DNA of 43,866 nucleotides from an uncultured Candidatus Saccharibacteria bacterium (GCA_964366535.1 CAYIUC010000005.1:1-43866), one strand, 5' to 3'. Shown: positions 14,655 through 23,757, counted from the stretch's first letter. Notes: a model not told the origin generated them from the sequence alone. A program made the numbers and translations.

Positions 14655-15488
14655 ATGTTTGCAAAAAAATCACTGGGTCAACATTTTCTACGAAGCCGCG
14701 CCGCATTAGAAAAAATCGCGGCGGCCCCAGCGCTTACGCCGACTGATGTTGTGTTGGAGGTTGGACCAGGGGAGGGAGCGCTTACCGTTCTTCTCTTAGA
14801 ACGAGCAGGGAAAGTCGTTGCTGTAGAAAAAGATGCGCGGCTTATACCGATTTTGCAAGAAAAGTTTGCGCGCGAGATTGCTGCAGGAAAATTGGGACTC
14901 GTGCACGCTGATATTCTCGAAATCAAGACGCCCCAGATGTTTAGAAAAACCGCGCCAGATGTTGATGGGCTTCAAACATCTGGTGCGGTTTTTCCGGCCG
15001 CCGCATACAAAATCGTCGCCAATCTTCCGTACTACATCACTGGGCAATTCTTGCGTAAGTTTCTGCAAACCGAAACACAACCGAGTATGATGGTTTTACT
15101 GCTGCAAAGAGAAGTGGCGAAACGCATCACAGCGACCGACAAAAAAGAATCTATTCTTTCGCTTAGCGTTAAGTGCTACGGGGCTCCGCGCTACATAACA
15201 ACAGTTAAAGCCGGCTCCTTCTCGCCGCCGCCGAAGGTGGATTCGGCGATACTAGCGATTGAAGATATTTCTAAAGATTTCTTCACGGGTGGAGGGGTTG
15301 TCTTCTCCGAAGAAACATTTTTTACTATTATTAAAAAGGGCTTCGCGCATCCGCGTAAACTACTTTCTAACAACCTCGACATCAGTGCATCTGTGCTGGA
15401 ACAATGCGGCATACACGCGCGGGCGCGTGCCGAAAATGTTTCTTTGGAACAATGGAAGTGTATCGCAAGTGCATCACGAAGTGCCTAG
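14655..15488 (+). CDS. rsmA: 16S rRNA (adenine1518/1519-N6)-dimethyltransferase
   Basis: MFAKKSLGQHFL start and the SAM motif VLEVGPGEGALT. The longer track ORF from 14553 merely reads through the hairpin element. Confidence 0.85.
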   Translation: MFAKKSLGQHFLRSRAALEKIAAAPALTPTDVVLEVGPGEGALTVLLLERAGKVVAVEKDARLIPILQEKFAREIAAGKLGLVHADILEIKTPQMFRKTAPDVDGLQTSGAVFPAAAYKIVANLPYYITGQFLRKFLQTETQPSMMVLLLQREVAKRITATDKKESILSLSVKCYGAPRYITTVKAGSFSPPPKVDSAILAIEDISKDFFTGGGVVFSEETFFTIIKKGFAHPRKLLSNNLDISASVLEQCGIHARARAENVSLEQWKCIASASRSA

Positions 15489-16415
15489 CATGGGCACGGT
15501 CTGTGCTTGTGATGGTAGAGGGAAACATCCGAATACTGCATACATTAAACACGGGGCTCCTTGCGGTATGTAGCTTCCAAGCATAAATAGGGTAAACGGC
15601 GCATTGAAATTAAGAAACGCTTGCGAACCGGTGTAATGCGTCATTAGTGCAAGTGGTGGTACCGAAAGAGGTACCATACCAACTAGCCAGTTGCCGCTAC
15701 AGGTGCAAGGAAAAACATACACGACCATCCCTCCAAACCCGGGTATCTGCGCATCTGCGCGCGGCATAAGTGCGTCCGTAAGTTTCTGAAACAAAGATGT
15801 AACTCTATGCCGCCACGGCGACTCCCAAGAGATAGTACGCACATTTTTTCGCGACTCGCTTACAAATTGCGTAAGAAAGTCGGTTGTTGTAGCTAGGGCA
15901 AGCGAGCGCATGTCGCCCGCAAGTTTTTCCAATTCTTCCGCAGAGCGGCCTTGTTCTCCTCCAACTCGCTTAACTATTTCCAGAAATTGCTCCAGATTGC
16001 GCGAGTTTGGATTTTCTTTTTTTGTCTCTTCTCCTGCCCTTAACTTAAGGGGAGGTGCCCCGACGCTTTGGTCGGGGCGGAGGGGTGTTTTCTTTTCGTA
16101 TAAAAAAACATTCAGAGCCGCTAGGGTTTTTGGCCCAACCACTCCTAGTTCGCCCTTAATCGCATGCTCGCGTTGAAACACCGCGACCGACCTTGCCGTG
16201 GCAGCGCCAAAATAATTTGTTTCCTTGCTAGGCGAGCCAGCACCGGTATTAGCAACGCGCGTTTCCGCTCGTTCGTTCAAAAGTCTCTGGAGAGCGAACA
16301 CATCGGGGCCGCGCGAACCAAATTGGAGATCGCGCGCAAAGCGCCATTCTCCTGCATACGCGGGCTGAAACGCCACGACACACAAAATAGCGGATATAAA
16401 TACGCGAGACATCAT
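15474..16415 (-). CDS. secreted protein with a PG_binding_1-like peptidoglycan-binding domain
   Basis: Signal peptide MMSRVFISAILCVVAFQPAYA and the motif GSRGPDVFALQRLLN...YFGAATARSVAVFQ. It contains an in-frame palindromic element. Its 3' end overlaps rsmA by 15 nt in convergent orientation. Confidence 0.65.
   Translation of the reverse strand: MMSRVFISAILCVVAFQPAYAGEWRFARDLQFGSRGPDVFALQRLLNERAETRVANTGAGSPSKETNYFGAATARSVAVFQREHAIKGELGVVGPKTLAALNVFLYEKKTPLRPDQSVGAPPLKLRAGEETKKENPNSRNLEQFLEIVKRVGGEQGRSAEELEKLAGDMRSLALATTTDFLTQFVSESRKNVRTISWESPWRHRVTSLFQKLTDALMPRADAQIPGFGGMVVYVFPCTCSGNWLVGMVPLSVPPLALMTHYTGSQAFLNFNAPFTLFMLGSYIPQGAPCLMYAVFGCFPLPSQAQTVPMLGTS
16031..16089. repeat. G/C-rich palindromic element inside a minus-strand CDS
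   Basis: CCCTTAAcTTAAGGG and GCCCCGACgctttgGTCGGGGC hairpins followed by GGAGGGGTGTT. On the minus strand it is translated as ..RPDQSVGAPPLKLRAGEE.. Confidence 0.8.
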
Positions 16416-16440
16416 ATATTCAAGTATACTATACTCATAA

Positions 16441-17430
16441 ATGATGCGGACACGCCCAATTACAATATCCGCCGTTATATTTCTCGCCGCACTCGTCGGC
16501 TTCTTTGCCTATTCTGAATACATAAATCAAGGTGAAGAGGTTGCGGCGCGAGAAGAAGCGCCCGCGAGCGTTCTCGGTTCTGCGGCGCTTATCGCCGACA
16601 GCGACCGCGACGGATTAAAGGATTGGGAGGAAGAACTTTGGCGCACTGCTCCCGACAAACCAGATACAGATGCCGACGGCACGAATGATGCGGAGGAAAT
16701 AAAAAACGGAAGGAATCCGCTTATTGCAGGCCCTGAAGATAAGCTAGATGCCGCAACCGCCGCGACTAAGGTGAACCCAGACGCAAAAACGACTACAACC
16801 GACACCGAGCGCCTTGCGAGAGAAATCTTTGGCACCTACCTTTCCACCAGGCAAGAAGGTCTGCCCCTTTCGCAAAATGAAATTGCAAACATAATAGACA
16901 CGGTATCTGCAAGCGTACCAGAAGAAAGCCCTAAAATATTTACCGCTACGGATGTGAAAACATTTGCCGATGAAAATAGCGCGGCGTTACGCGCGTACGG
17001 AAATGCACTCGGCTCAGTGCTCAAAAAGCCATGGCCCGCGCGCGAAAACGAAATTGCCGTCTTTGAACGCGCAATACAAGACGAAAACCCCGAGACGGCG
17101 CGGCTAGACCTTGCCAACCTCACGCCCATTTCGCTCGCATACGGCAATATGGGGAAAGACATCGCACGCATACAAGCCCCCGCGGGCGCGCTAGCTTCGC
17201 ACCTGCGCGCCGCAAACGCCACAATGGAGATAGGCGAGAGCGTGCGCGGTATGAGCTCTGCTCTAGATGATCCCATCAAGGCAGTATCAAGTGTCGCTCG
17301 CTACTTCGGCGCAGGCCCTCGACTAGGAGACGCGCTTGCGGAATTGCGAGCATACCTAGAAAACCGAGGTATTTCGTACACAGAAGACGAAGATGGTTAC
17401 GCGCTGTGGAATGCGACCGCTAACCAGTAA
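16441..17430 (+). CDS. membrane-anchored protein with thrombospondin type-3-like calcium-binding repeats
   Basis: N-terminal TM helix ITISAVIFLAALVGFFAY. Repeats are DSDRDGLKDWEE and DTDADGTNDAEE. TATACT at 16430-16435 lies 5 nt upstream of the ATG. Confidence 0.6.
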   Translation: MMRTRPITISAVIFLAALVGFFAYSEYINQGEEVAAREEAPASVLGSAALIADSDRDGLKDWEEELWRTAPDKPDTDADGTNDAEEIKNGRNPLIAGPEDKLDAATAATKVNPDAKTTTTDTERLAREIFGTYLSTRQEGLPLSQNEIANIIDTVSASVPEESPKIFTATDVKTFADENSAALRAYGNALGSVLKKPWPARENEIAVFERAIQDENPETARLDLANLTPISLAYGNMGKDIARIQAPAGALASHLRAANATMEIGESVRGMSSALDDPIKAVSSVARYFGAGPRLGDALAELRAYLENRGISYTEDEDGYALWNATANQ

Positions 17431-17446
17431 ATTAACCGCCCAGAGA

Positions 17447-17526
17447 CAACCCCTCCTGCCTCCCCCAAGGGGAGGTTCTGACCCTCCCTTCCCTTTGGGG
17501 AGGGAGTAGGAGGGAGGGGTGGTGTG
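17447..17526. repeat. nested G/C-rich palindromic element
   Basis: Hairpins CCTCCCCcaaGGGGAGG and CCCTCCCttccctttGGGGAGGG lie within CCCCTCCT...AGGAGGGAGGGG arms. The element ends in GGGGTGGTG. Confidence 0.8.
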
Positions 17527-17614
17527 TTTGATTGGGTTTTCCACTTCCGCACACAAAACAAACCCTCTATAATAAGGGCACGGAAGACGCCTCGCTAAAC
17601 GCGACAGGCGAATT

Positions 17615-19705
17615 ATGCGTTGCAAACACATTACAACTCTGCTCATCGTCTCTCTTTTCGTAACTGGCTCGCTATTTACGCCGACGAAGCGCGCCCATGC
17701 GCTTGTGAGCTGTATTCCAGCCATCGCCCCTATTCCAGATATACCACTAGCCGTACCTGTACAAAACTTCGGAGAAATGACGCGGCAAAATATTGCCAAT
17801 ACTTTCAGTGCCTCCAATTTCACCAAAGAGTGCATTCTGGATGCGATGGTTACATTCCTCAAAGAAGCGCTGATACAAAACATCACCGGCTCCATTGTGG
17901 ATTGGATAAACAACGACTTTGAGGGCGGTCCGGCGTTCGTAACCGACCCCGCAGGGTTTTTCGTAAATATTGCCGACGAGACCGCCGGGCGGTTTATAGA
18001 AAATCAATTAGGTCCCATCGGACAACTGCTTTGCAGTCCGTTTGACTTGCGACTGCGTTTGAATCTTTGGCTTGCAACAAGCGCCTCGCGCAAGCAGTAC
18101 ATCGGCTGTCGCCTTACCGATGTGCAGATGAATGTGCACGATGCGTTTACACAAGGTTCGTTTATCGCTTCCGGCGGTTGGAAAACATTTAACGCAATAA
18201 CTTCCGACCCTCGCAACAACCAATACGGCGCGTTCCTCTACGCCTCGGACGCTCTTAACAATGAATTCGTCAAAAGGGCGAATGAAACACTTCGCGATCT
18301 CTCGTACGGTAGGGGATTTCTGTCGTTTAAAAAATGTTCTGAGTGGGTAGATGCATCAAGTGAGGGAACGGGCGAGGGGAGCGGAAAAAGATGCGCAAAA
18401 TACAAAGTGGAAACCCCTGGCTCTCTTATCAACAACCAACTAAATAATGCGTTCGGCTCGGAATTGCGCAAATTTGAGTTGGCGGACGAAATAAACGAGG
18501 TGTTTCAAGCGCTTGTAAACTATGGGCTTCGGCAAGTGTTTACAGCGACAGGCGGCGGACTCCGTGGCGCGAGCAAGGCGGCGGCGGGACAAGAAAGCGC
18601 GGCGTCGCGCCTGCGAAGGTCAGAGGGTACGATAATGAACGAGGTATATGCAAACACGCAAACCGACACAACCGGTGGATTTATAACTACAAAATATGAT
18701 TTGGCTTCTAAGGACGACAATACGCTCACAAAAGTTGTGGCGGAAACAAAATCAGGAAGCGCGGGCGGCAGTAATGGAGAGCGGTTGTCGCCAGACCGAA
18801 ATCTTGCGCTTAATAGGCCGGCATCACAATCGGGATATTATGCCTTACCGCGCTATGATGCCGACAAAGCAGTCAATGGAGGCAAGGACGCGGTCAAGGG
18901 CGATTGTTATGGCTTCAACTGCGCCGCAGTAACCTCCAAATCATCCCCGATATACTGGGAAGTTGCGCTAGGGAAAACATATTCCATAAAAGAAGTGTGG
19001 ATACACAAGGCAAACGACCTTTCTTATGATGCAGCGTTGGGGACATTTAAACTTTCTATCTTAAAGCCGGACCGCGGTATCGCGTACACGAAAGAAGTTG
19101 CGGCCAATTCTGCCACTGCGATTCCACTCGTGATGCCGAACATCAATACCGCTGGCGCGATTGTGCGCATTGAGCGCGCGAATGGAGACGAACTTGCGCT
19201 TGCAGAAGTAGAAGTGTACGGCACGGAATGGGAGACGGCGACTGCAAACACGCCGCCGCCAACTGGCGTTACCGCTCCTCCACCTAGTGCAACTCCAGTG
19301 GTTTCGGTACAACGAAATGTGGAACTGAAAATTGACGGTCCGGTATTTACCATCAATGAACCGATCGTAAATGCGCATATAGGCATCTCAATGGACCAAC
19401 AAGTGGGTACGACATACAAGCCGTTTGCGCCACAGCAAGCGTTTTCAAAAATCCTCGTGCGGGTAAAAAATCAGGAAACGGGTGTGGAGAAGTTTACTGA
19501 GGAGTTTACCAATACGGAAATAAAAACATACCGCACCACCCAAACCTTTAGTGCCACGGCGGGAGAAAAAATAACCGTCGGATACGAGTTTACTCCACAA
19601 AGCGGCGCAAAGGGAAACTACGCGCTTAACACCGAAATAATCGGCTCGGATGGAAATCAGGTTCCCGGTGCCGTAAGCACAATGAGAATTCAAGCACCAA
19701 ATTAA
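17615..19705 (+). CDS. secreted protein with a C-terminal F5/8 type C (discoidin)-like domain; first gene of the T4SS-like operon
   Basis: Signal peptide MRCKHITTLLIVSLFVTGSLFTPTKRAHA. Discoidin-like block: NLALNRPASQSGYY...AVNG...YWEVALGKTYSIKEVWIH...LALAEVEVYG. Confidence 0.6.
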   Translation: MRCKHITTLLIVSLFVTGSLFTPTKRAHALVSCIPAIAPIPDIPLAVPVQNFGEMTRQNIANTFSASNFTKECILDAMVTFLKEALIQNITGSIVDWINNDFEGGPAFVTDPAGFFVNIADETAGRFIENQLGPIGQLLCSPFDLRLRLNLWLATSASRKQYIGCRLTDVQMNVHDAFTQGSFIASGGWKTFNAITSDPRNNQYGAFLYASDALNNEFVKRANETLRDLSYGRGFLSFKKCSEWVDASSEGTGEGSGKRCAKYKVETPGSLINNQLNNAFGSELRKFELADEINEVFQALVNYGLRQVFTATGGGLRGASKAAAGQESAASRLRRSEGTIMNEVYANTQTDTTGGFITTKYDLASKDDNTLTKVVAETKSGSAGGSNGERLSPDRNLALNRPASQSGYYALPRYDADKAVNGGKDAVKGDCYGFNCAAVTSKSSPIYWEVALGKTYSIKEVWIHKANDLSYDAALGTFKLSILKPDRGIAYTKEVAANSATAIPLVMPNINTAGAIVRIERANGDELALAEVEVYGTEWETATANTPPPTGVTAPPPSATPVVSVQRNVELKIDGPVFTINEPIVNAHIGISMDQQVGTTYKPFAPQQAFSKILVRVKNQETGVEKFTEEFTNTEIKTYRTTQTFSATAGEKITVGYEFTPQSGAKGNYALNTEIIGSDGNQVPGAVSTMRIQAPN

Positions 19706-19708
19706 CCA

Positions 19709-21652
19709 ATGAAAAAACTTATTATCATCGTTTTGTTGCTCGGCATCGCACTCGCTCCGGTGGGCGGGGGGGTGGCTTTTGCAGTGGAAACCGGCGGAAA
19801 TGCCCCGCAAACAAACGGCGAGGTGAATGGCGGGTGCGGGATGTTTTCTATAGGCGACTGCATCACCTTCTTTATTGCCCAAATGGGCAATATGGTAATG
19901 ACGCTTGTCTCTAGCGTGCTCAGTATAGCGGGCGCGGCGCTGAACTTCTCGGTGGACCTTACCGTCAATATGAGCGCGTTTCTTGCAAAGGTAAAAATTG
20001 TGGATGTGGGGTGGAAGATAATGCGCGATATTGCAAACCTTTTCTTCATCTTCATACTCCTCTGGGTCGGAATACGCACTATTTTGCAAATGGGAAGCGA
20101 CAACGAGGTGCGTAAGACGCTTCTATGGGTAGTAGTAATGGCACTTCTTATAAACTTCTCGCTCTTTATCACCAAAGCGGTGGTGGATATGGGAAACATT
20201 GCAACACTCCACTTCTACGACGCTATGCGCCCCGACCTATATGAGAACGGGCAACCAGTAAAGGATGCGCAAGGAAAACAAGTAAAGGCGGGTCTTTCCG
20301 ACATATATATGGAAGGGCTAAAAATGCAGACCTTTATGGGGAGCGGTAGCTCTGTGAACAACTTAGTCGCAACTGCAGGCGGCTTCACCAACCAATTTAT
20401 CAAAATTGGGTTGGTAACAATTCTCGGCTCCGTCTTCTTCCTTGTGGCGGCGTTTGTTTTCTTCGCCGCCGCATTTCTCTTTATCGGTCGCGCGGTTGTG
20501 CTTATGTTCCTTATGTTACTCTCGCCACTCGCATTTGCGGCGCAGGTGATACCAAGCATGCAGGGACAAGCTAAGCGTTTTTGGGATACACTTCTCAAAC
20601 AAACCTTCTTCGCTCCGCTCTATATGGCGCTCACTTATGTCGTGGCCAAGGCAATACAAAGTAACGGATTTTCGGACCTTACCAACATTACCGGCAACCA
20701 AGCATCGTTTGCCGCGCTCCTTACTGGCGAACCGTCTGACAATATCGGCATTGTTGTCAACTACATCTTCCTCATCGGCGCGATGGTGTACACGCTCGTT
20801 ATCGCAAGCCAGGGTGGCGCGTATGGAAGCAAGATGGTCATCGGCTGGGGCAAATCGCTCCAAGGGTGGGGGCAGGGGCTCGTTACAGGTGCCGCGGGAG
20901 GGGTTGCCGCGCGCGCTTTGGGCGGTCTTTCCAAGGCGGCGACGGGCGGCTTGTCGGGAACCACGAGTGCCTTTGGGCGCGCGGCGCTCCGCACTGCCGA
21001 CCGTTTGCAAAATATGAAAATCGGCGGCAAGTCATACAAGGAGATGCAAGAGAAGGGGACTTTCTTTGGAGTGGGGGAGGAGGAGATAGAACGAAACATG
21101 AAGCAGTTTAAGAGCCGACCGCAAGAACAAGCGGCGTACCTCTCGCGACTTTCCGAAGGCCAACGGCGTAAGGCATATGAGAAGTTGTCGGCACGAGATA
21201 GGGTTGCAATTGAGCGTACTGGCGTATTGCAACAAGCGCAGATAAACGATATGTATGGACGCCTCAATCCAGAGGAGCGTGACAAGGTTGACGAGGCGCG
21301 ACGCAAGGTACGACAAGAAGAGGGTAATGAACAACGAATGGCTACCGTGGAAACAATCACTGCGGTTCCAGTTGGTACGCCGCTTACTGCCGACCAAATA
21401 ACAGCGGTTACTCAACTCCGCCCAAATCAAGCGCGCGATCTTTCACACGAAGCGCGTACAAACCCTGAAATTATTCGCCGTTTGCGTCCACAACACCTAC
21501 GCGATTTGATGGAAAATGGAAACCTACTTCCGGATGAAATACAGGCAATAATGAATGAGATAGGAGTAGTGGGTGCACCGATAACATATCCAGCGCAGAA
21601 TGCCCAACGCACTTATGTTCAAAATCCGGCAAATGCGGTCTTATGGACGTAA
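19709..21652 (+). CDS. polytopic membrane protein, VirB6/TrbL-like
   Basis: 647 aa with a signal peptide, at least six hydrophobic helices and a charged cytoplasmic tail. The start is 3 nt after the upstream stop. Confidence 0.5.
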   Translation: MKKLIIIVLLLGIALAPVGGGVAFAVETGGNAPQTNGEVNGGCGMFSIGDCITFFIAQMGNMVMTLVSSVLSIAGAALNFSVDLTVNMSAFLAKVKIVDVGWKIMRDIANLFFIFILLWVGIRTILQMGSDNEVRKTLLWVVVMALLINFSLFITKAVVDMGNIATLHFYDAMRPDLYENGQPVKDAQGKQVKAGLSDIYMEGLKMQTFMGSGSSVNNLVATAGGFTNQFIKIGLVTILGSVFFLVAAFVFFAAAFLFIGRAVVLMFLMLLSPLAFAAQVIPSMQGQAKRFWDTLLKQTFFAPLYMALTYVVAKAIQSNGFSDLTNITGNQASFAALLTGEPSDNIGIVVNYIFLIGAMVYTLVIASQGGAYGSKMVIGWGKSLQGWGQGLVTGAAGGVAARALGGLSKAATGGLSGTTSAFGRAALRTADRLQNMKIGGKSYKEMQEKGTFFGVGEEEIERNMKQFKSRPQEQAAYLSRLSEGQRRKAYEKLSARDRVAIERTGVLQQAQINDMYGRLNPEERDKVDEARRKVRQEEGNEQRMATVETITAVPVGTPLTADQITAVTQLRPNQARDLSHEARTNPEIIRRLRPQHLRDLMENGNLLPDEIQAIMNEIGVVGAPITYPAQNAQRTYVQNPANAVLWT

Positions 21653-21658
21653 CCTCAT

Positions 21659-22702
21659 ATGAAATTTACACATACACAAGCCCTAGAATCTCTTAACAAA
21701 CTCCCGCAAGAGACGCGCGAGCGCGTCACTTCGCAAGAAATAACCGACGCGACTATTCGTATCGCGGAAAGAAATGTAGTTCCAAAAGAAAAGATCCTTG
21801 CTTTTAGTTCTGCAGTAGGAACTGTACTACTCGGTTTGATTCAAAAAGAAAAACTTGCCGAGCAGTTGGTTGCAGAGTTGCAACTGCCGCCAGAAAAAGC
21901 CGCCGCGATTGCGGGGGAGGTGGAGAAAGAGATTTTTAATAGTTCTCCCTCTGCCCCTTTTTCAAAGGGGAAGTCCCCGAGTCCGTCTAAGGCGGACGAG
22001 GGGGTAGGGGTTGGTCACGCACAAGGCATACCCCTCCGCCCCGCCCCGCCAGTCGGCGAGGCGGGGCACCTCCCCTCTCAAAGAGGGGAGGGGGAACAAA
22101 AACAAATTTCTCCCCCTCGCCCCGTCCCCATCCGCAAGCCACTACCCCCTCTTGCTCCCTCCCTTTTGGGGAGGGCGGGGGGAGGGGTTGTACCCTCTCT
22201 CCAATCCCTCCTCGCCGACATTCGCCGCGGCACGGCATACGACGAGAATCGTATAGCCGATGCCTTCCGAAAAACGCCGATTGAAGTCAAGCAGTCGCTA
22301 GAGAGTGTCGGGTTTCTATCACGAATGGAAGGCGTTGCGAAAAAGTTTGGTTTAAATGTGGAAGAAACTGGGGAGCTCGTGAGCGAGTCGGGGCTCGTAA
22401 TGCTCGGGCTAACACAACCAATGAACTTCGTAGACAATCTCACGAAACGATTGCGACTGCCGCGCGACCGCGCGATGGCGGTAGGGCAAGCGGTAAATAT
22501 GGAGGTACTGCGCCCAGTGCGGGAAATTTTGCGGAAGATGAGTGTGCCGTCGGAGGAGCTGCGATTTGCGCCGCCCGCCACCCCTGCTCCTTCACAAAAT
22601 CCTCCCCCAACCCCCTCCTTTAGTAAAGGAGGGGGCGGAGGGGGCGGATTTTCTCCAGTGCAAAAATACACTACCGACCCCTACCGCGAACCAATAAACT
22701 AA
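21659..22702 (+). CDS. hypothetical protein with two homologous ~60-aa modules separated by a repeat-element-derived Pro/Gly linker
   Basis: IAERNVVPKEK...GTVLLGLIQ...LQLPPEKAAAIAGEV aligns with VAKKFGLNVEE...GLVMLGLTQ...LRLPRDRAMAVGQAV. The linker at 21945-22191 consists of palindromic elements. Confidence 0.6.
   Translation: MKFTHTQALESLNKLPQETRERVTSQEITDATIRIAERNVVPKEKILAFSSAVGTVLLGLIQKEKLAEQLVAELQLPPEKAAAIAGEVEKEIFNSSPSAPFSKGKSPSPSKADEGVGVGHAQGIPLRPAPPVGEAGHLPSQRGEGEQKQISPPRPVPIRKPLPPLAPSLLGRAGGGVVPSLQSLLADIRRGTAYDENRIADAFRKTPIEVKQSLESVGFLSRMEGVAKKFGLNVEETGELVSESGLVMLGLTQPMNFVDNLTKRLRLPRDRAMAVGQAVNMEVLRPVREILRKMSVPSEELRFAPPATPAPSQNPPPTPSFSKGGGGGGGFSPVQKYTTDPYREPIN
21945..22191. repeat. 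three tandem G/C-rich palindromic elements, in frame in a CDS
   Basis: Copies at 21945-22016, 22031-22097 (opposite arm order) and 22108-22191. Each contains CCCC...GGGG hairpins. Confidence 0.8.
22596..22652. repeat. 57-nt nested palindrome (AAAATCC-type element) in frame in a CDS
   Basis: AAAATCCTCCCCCaaCCCCCTCCTTTAgTAAAGGAGGGGGcgGAGGGGGcGGATTTT. It is translated as NPPPTPSFSKGGGGGGGFS. Confidence 0.85.
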
Positions 22703-22703
22703 T

Positions 22704-23105
22704 ATGAAGTATCAGACACCGCAATTTATAGACATAGAAGACAAGCTATTTGGGCCGTTTACGGTCAAACAATTCATCTACCTAGTCGGTGGAGCTGGAC
22801 TTTCGTTTATCGCATATCGTTTTTTGCCGACCGTTATAAATATAATCGTCATCCTGCCGATTGCCGCACTCGCACTCGCACTCGCGTTTTGGAAAATCAA
22901 CGGCAAACCGTTTGTGTTTATCTTAGAATCCGCTATTCGTTATTACTTCTCCGACAAGCTCTACCTCTGGCGCAAGGTGCCTAAAACCATGTTGGCAAAG
23001 AGTGTCGCGCCAAACGCCCCCCCAACAATACCGAAATTAAATGAAGGCAAGTTGCGCGACCTCACTTGGACGCTAGACATTTCGCATACGACAACGCGAA
23101 AGTAA
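22704..23105 (+). CDS. PrgI-family-like (VirB3-like) small two-TM protein
   Basis: FIDIEDKLFGPFTVKQFIYLVGGAGLSF followed by a second helix. The start is 1 nt after the upstream stop. Confidence 0.6.
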   Translation: MKYQTPQFIDIEDKLFGPFTVKQFIYLVGGAGLSFIAYRFLPTVINIIVILPIAALALALAFWKINGKPFVFILESAIRYYFSDKLYLWRKVPKTMLAKSVAPNAPPTIPKLNEGKLRDLTWTLDISHTTTRK

Positions 23106-23123
23106 GCGGGGTATACTATCACC

Positions 23124-23750
23124 ATGCCACCACATACGAAACCAACACAGGAGTTCGTCCCAATCTCTGAAATACGAGACGGGGTGCTCATTTTGCGAGA
23201 CGGCGGGTTGCGCGCTTTGCTTATGGTCTCATCTGTCAACTTCGCGCTCAAATCCGAAGACAACCAAGAAGCGATACTTCTGCAGTTTCAAAACTTCCTT
23301 AATACGCTGGATTTTTCGGTACAAATTGTAGTACATTCGCGCCGTTTTGATGTGCGTCCTTACCTTGCCCTATTAGAAGAACGAGTGAAGGCGCAAGAAA
23401 CGGAACTCTTGAAAATCCAAACGCGCGAGTATATCGGCTTCGTGCGCTCGTTTACCGAAAGCACTGCAATTATGTCCAAAACCTTCTTTATCACCGTGCC
23501 GTATTCGCCTACTCCAGTTAAACTTAAGGGCGGGCTTCCTGTCGGGTTCCGCAAAAACCAATCAAAAAGCGCTACGGCCAGCGACTTCAACGAAACCAGA
23601 ACGCAATTGGAGCAGCGTATCTCTATTGTGGAGCAGGGGCTTACGCGGTGCGGGCTGCGCACCGCGCGGCTTGGAACAGACGAAGAGATAGAGTTGTTTT
23701 ATAAATTGTTTAACCCTGGCGAAGAACAGCATGCGGCAGTTACCGCATAA
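23124..23750 (+). CDS. T4SS-associated protein resembling a VirB4/TraC N-terminal (non-ATPase) domain
   Basis: Contains EFVPISEIRDGVLILRDGGLRALLMVSSVNFALKSEDNQ. TATACT at 23112-23117 lies 6 nt upstream of the ATG. Confidence 0.45.
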   Translation: MPPHTKPTQEFVPISEIRDGVLILRDGGLRALLMVSSVNFALKSEDNQEAILLQFQNFLNTLDFSVQIVVHSRRFDVRPYLALLEERVKAQETELLKIQTREYIGFVRSFTESTAIMSKTFFITVPYSPTPVKLKGGLPVGFRKNQSKSATASDFNETRTQLEQRISIVEQGLTRCGLRTARLGTDEEIELFYKLFNPGEEQHAAVTA

Positions 23751-23757
23751 AAATACT

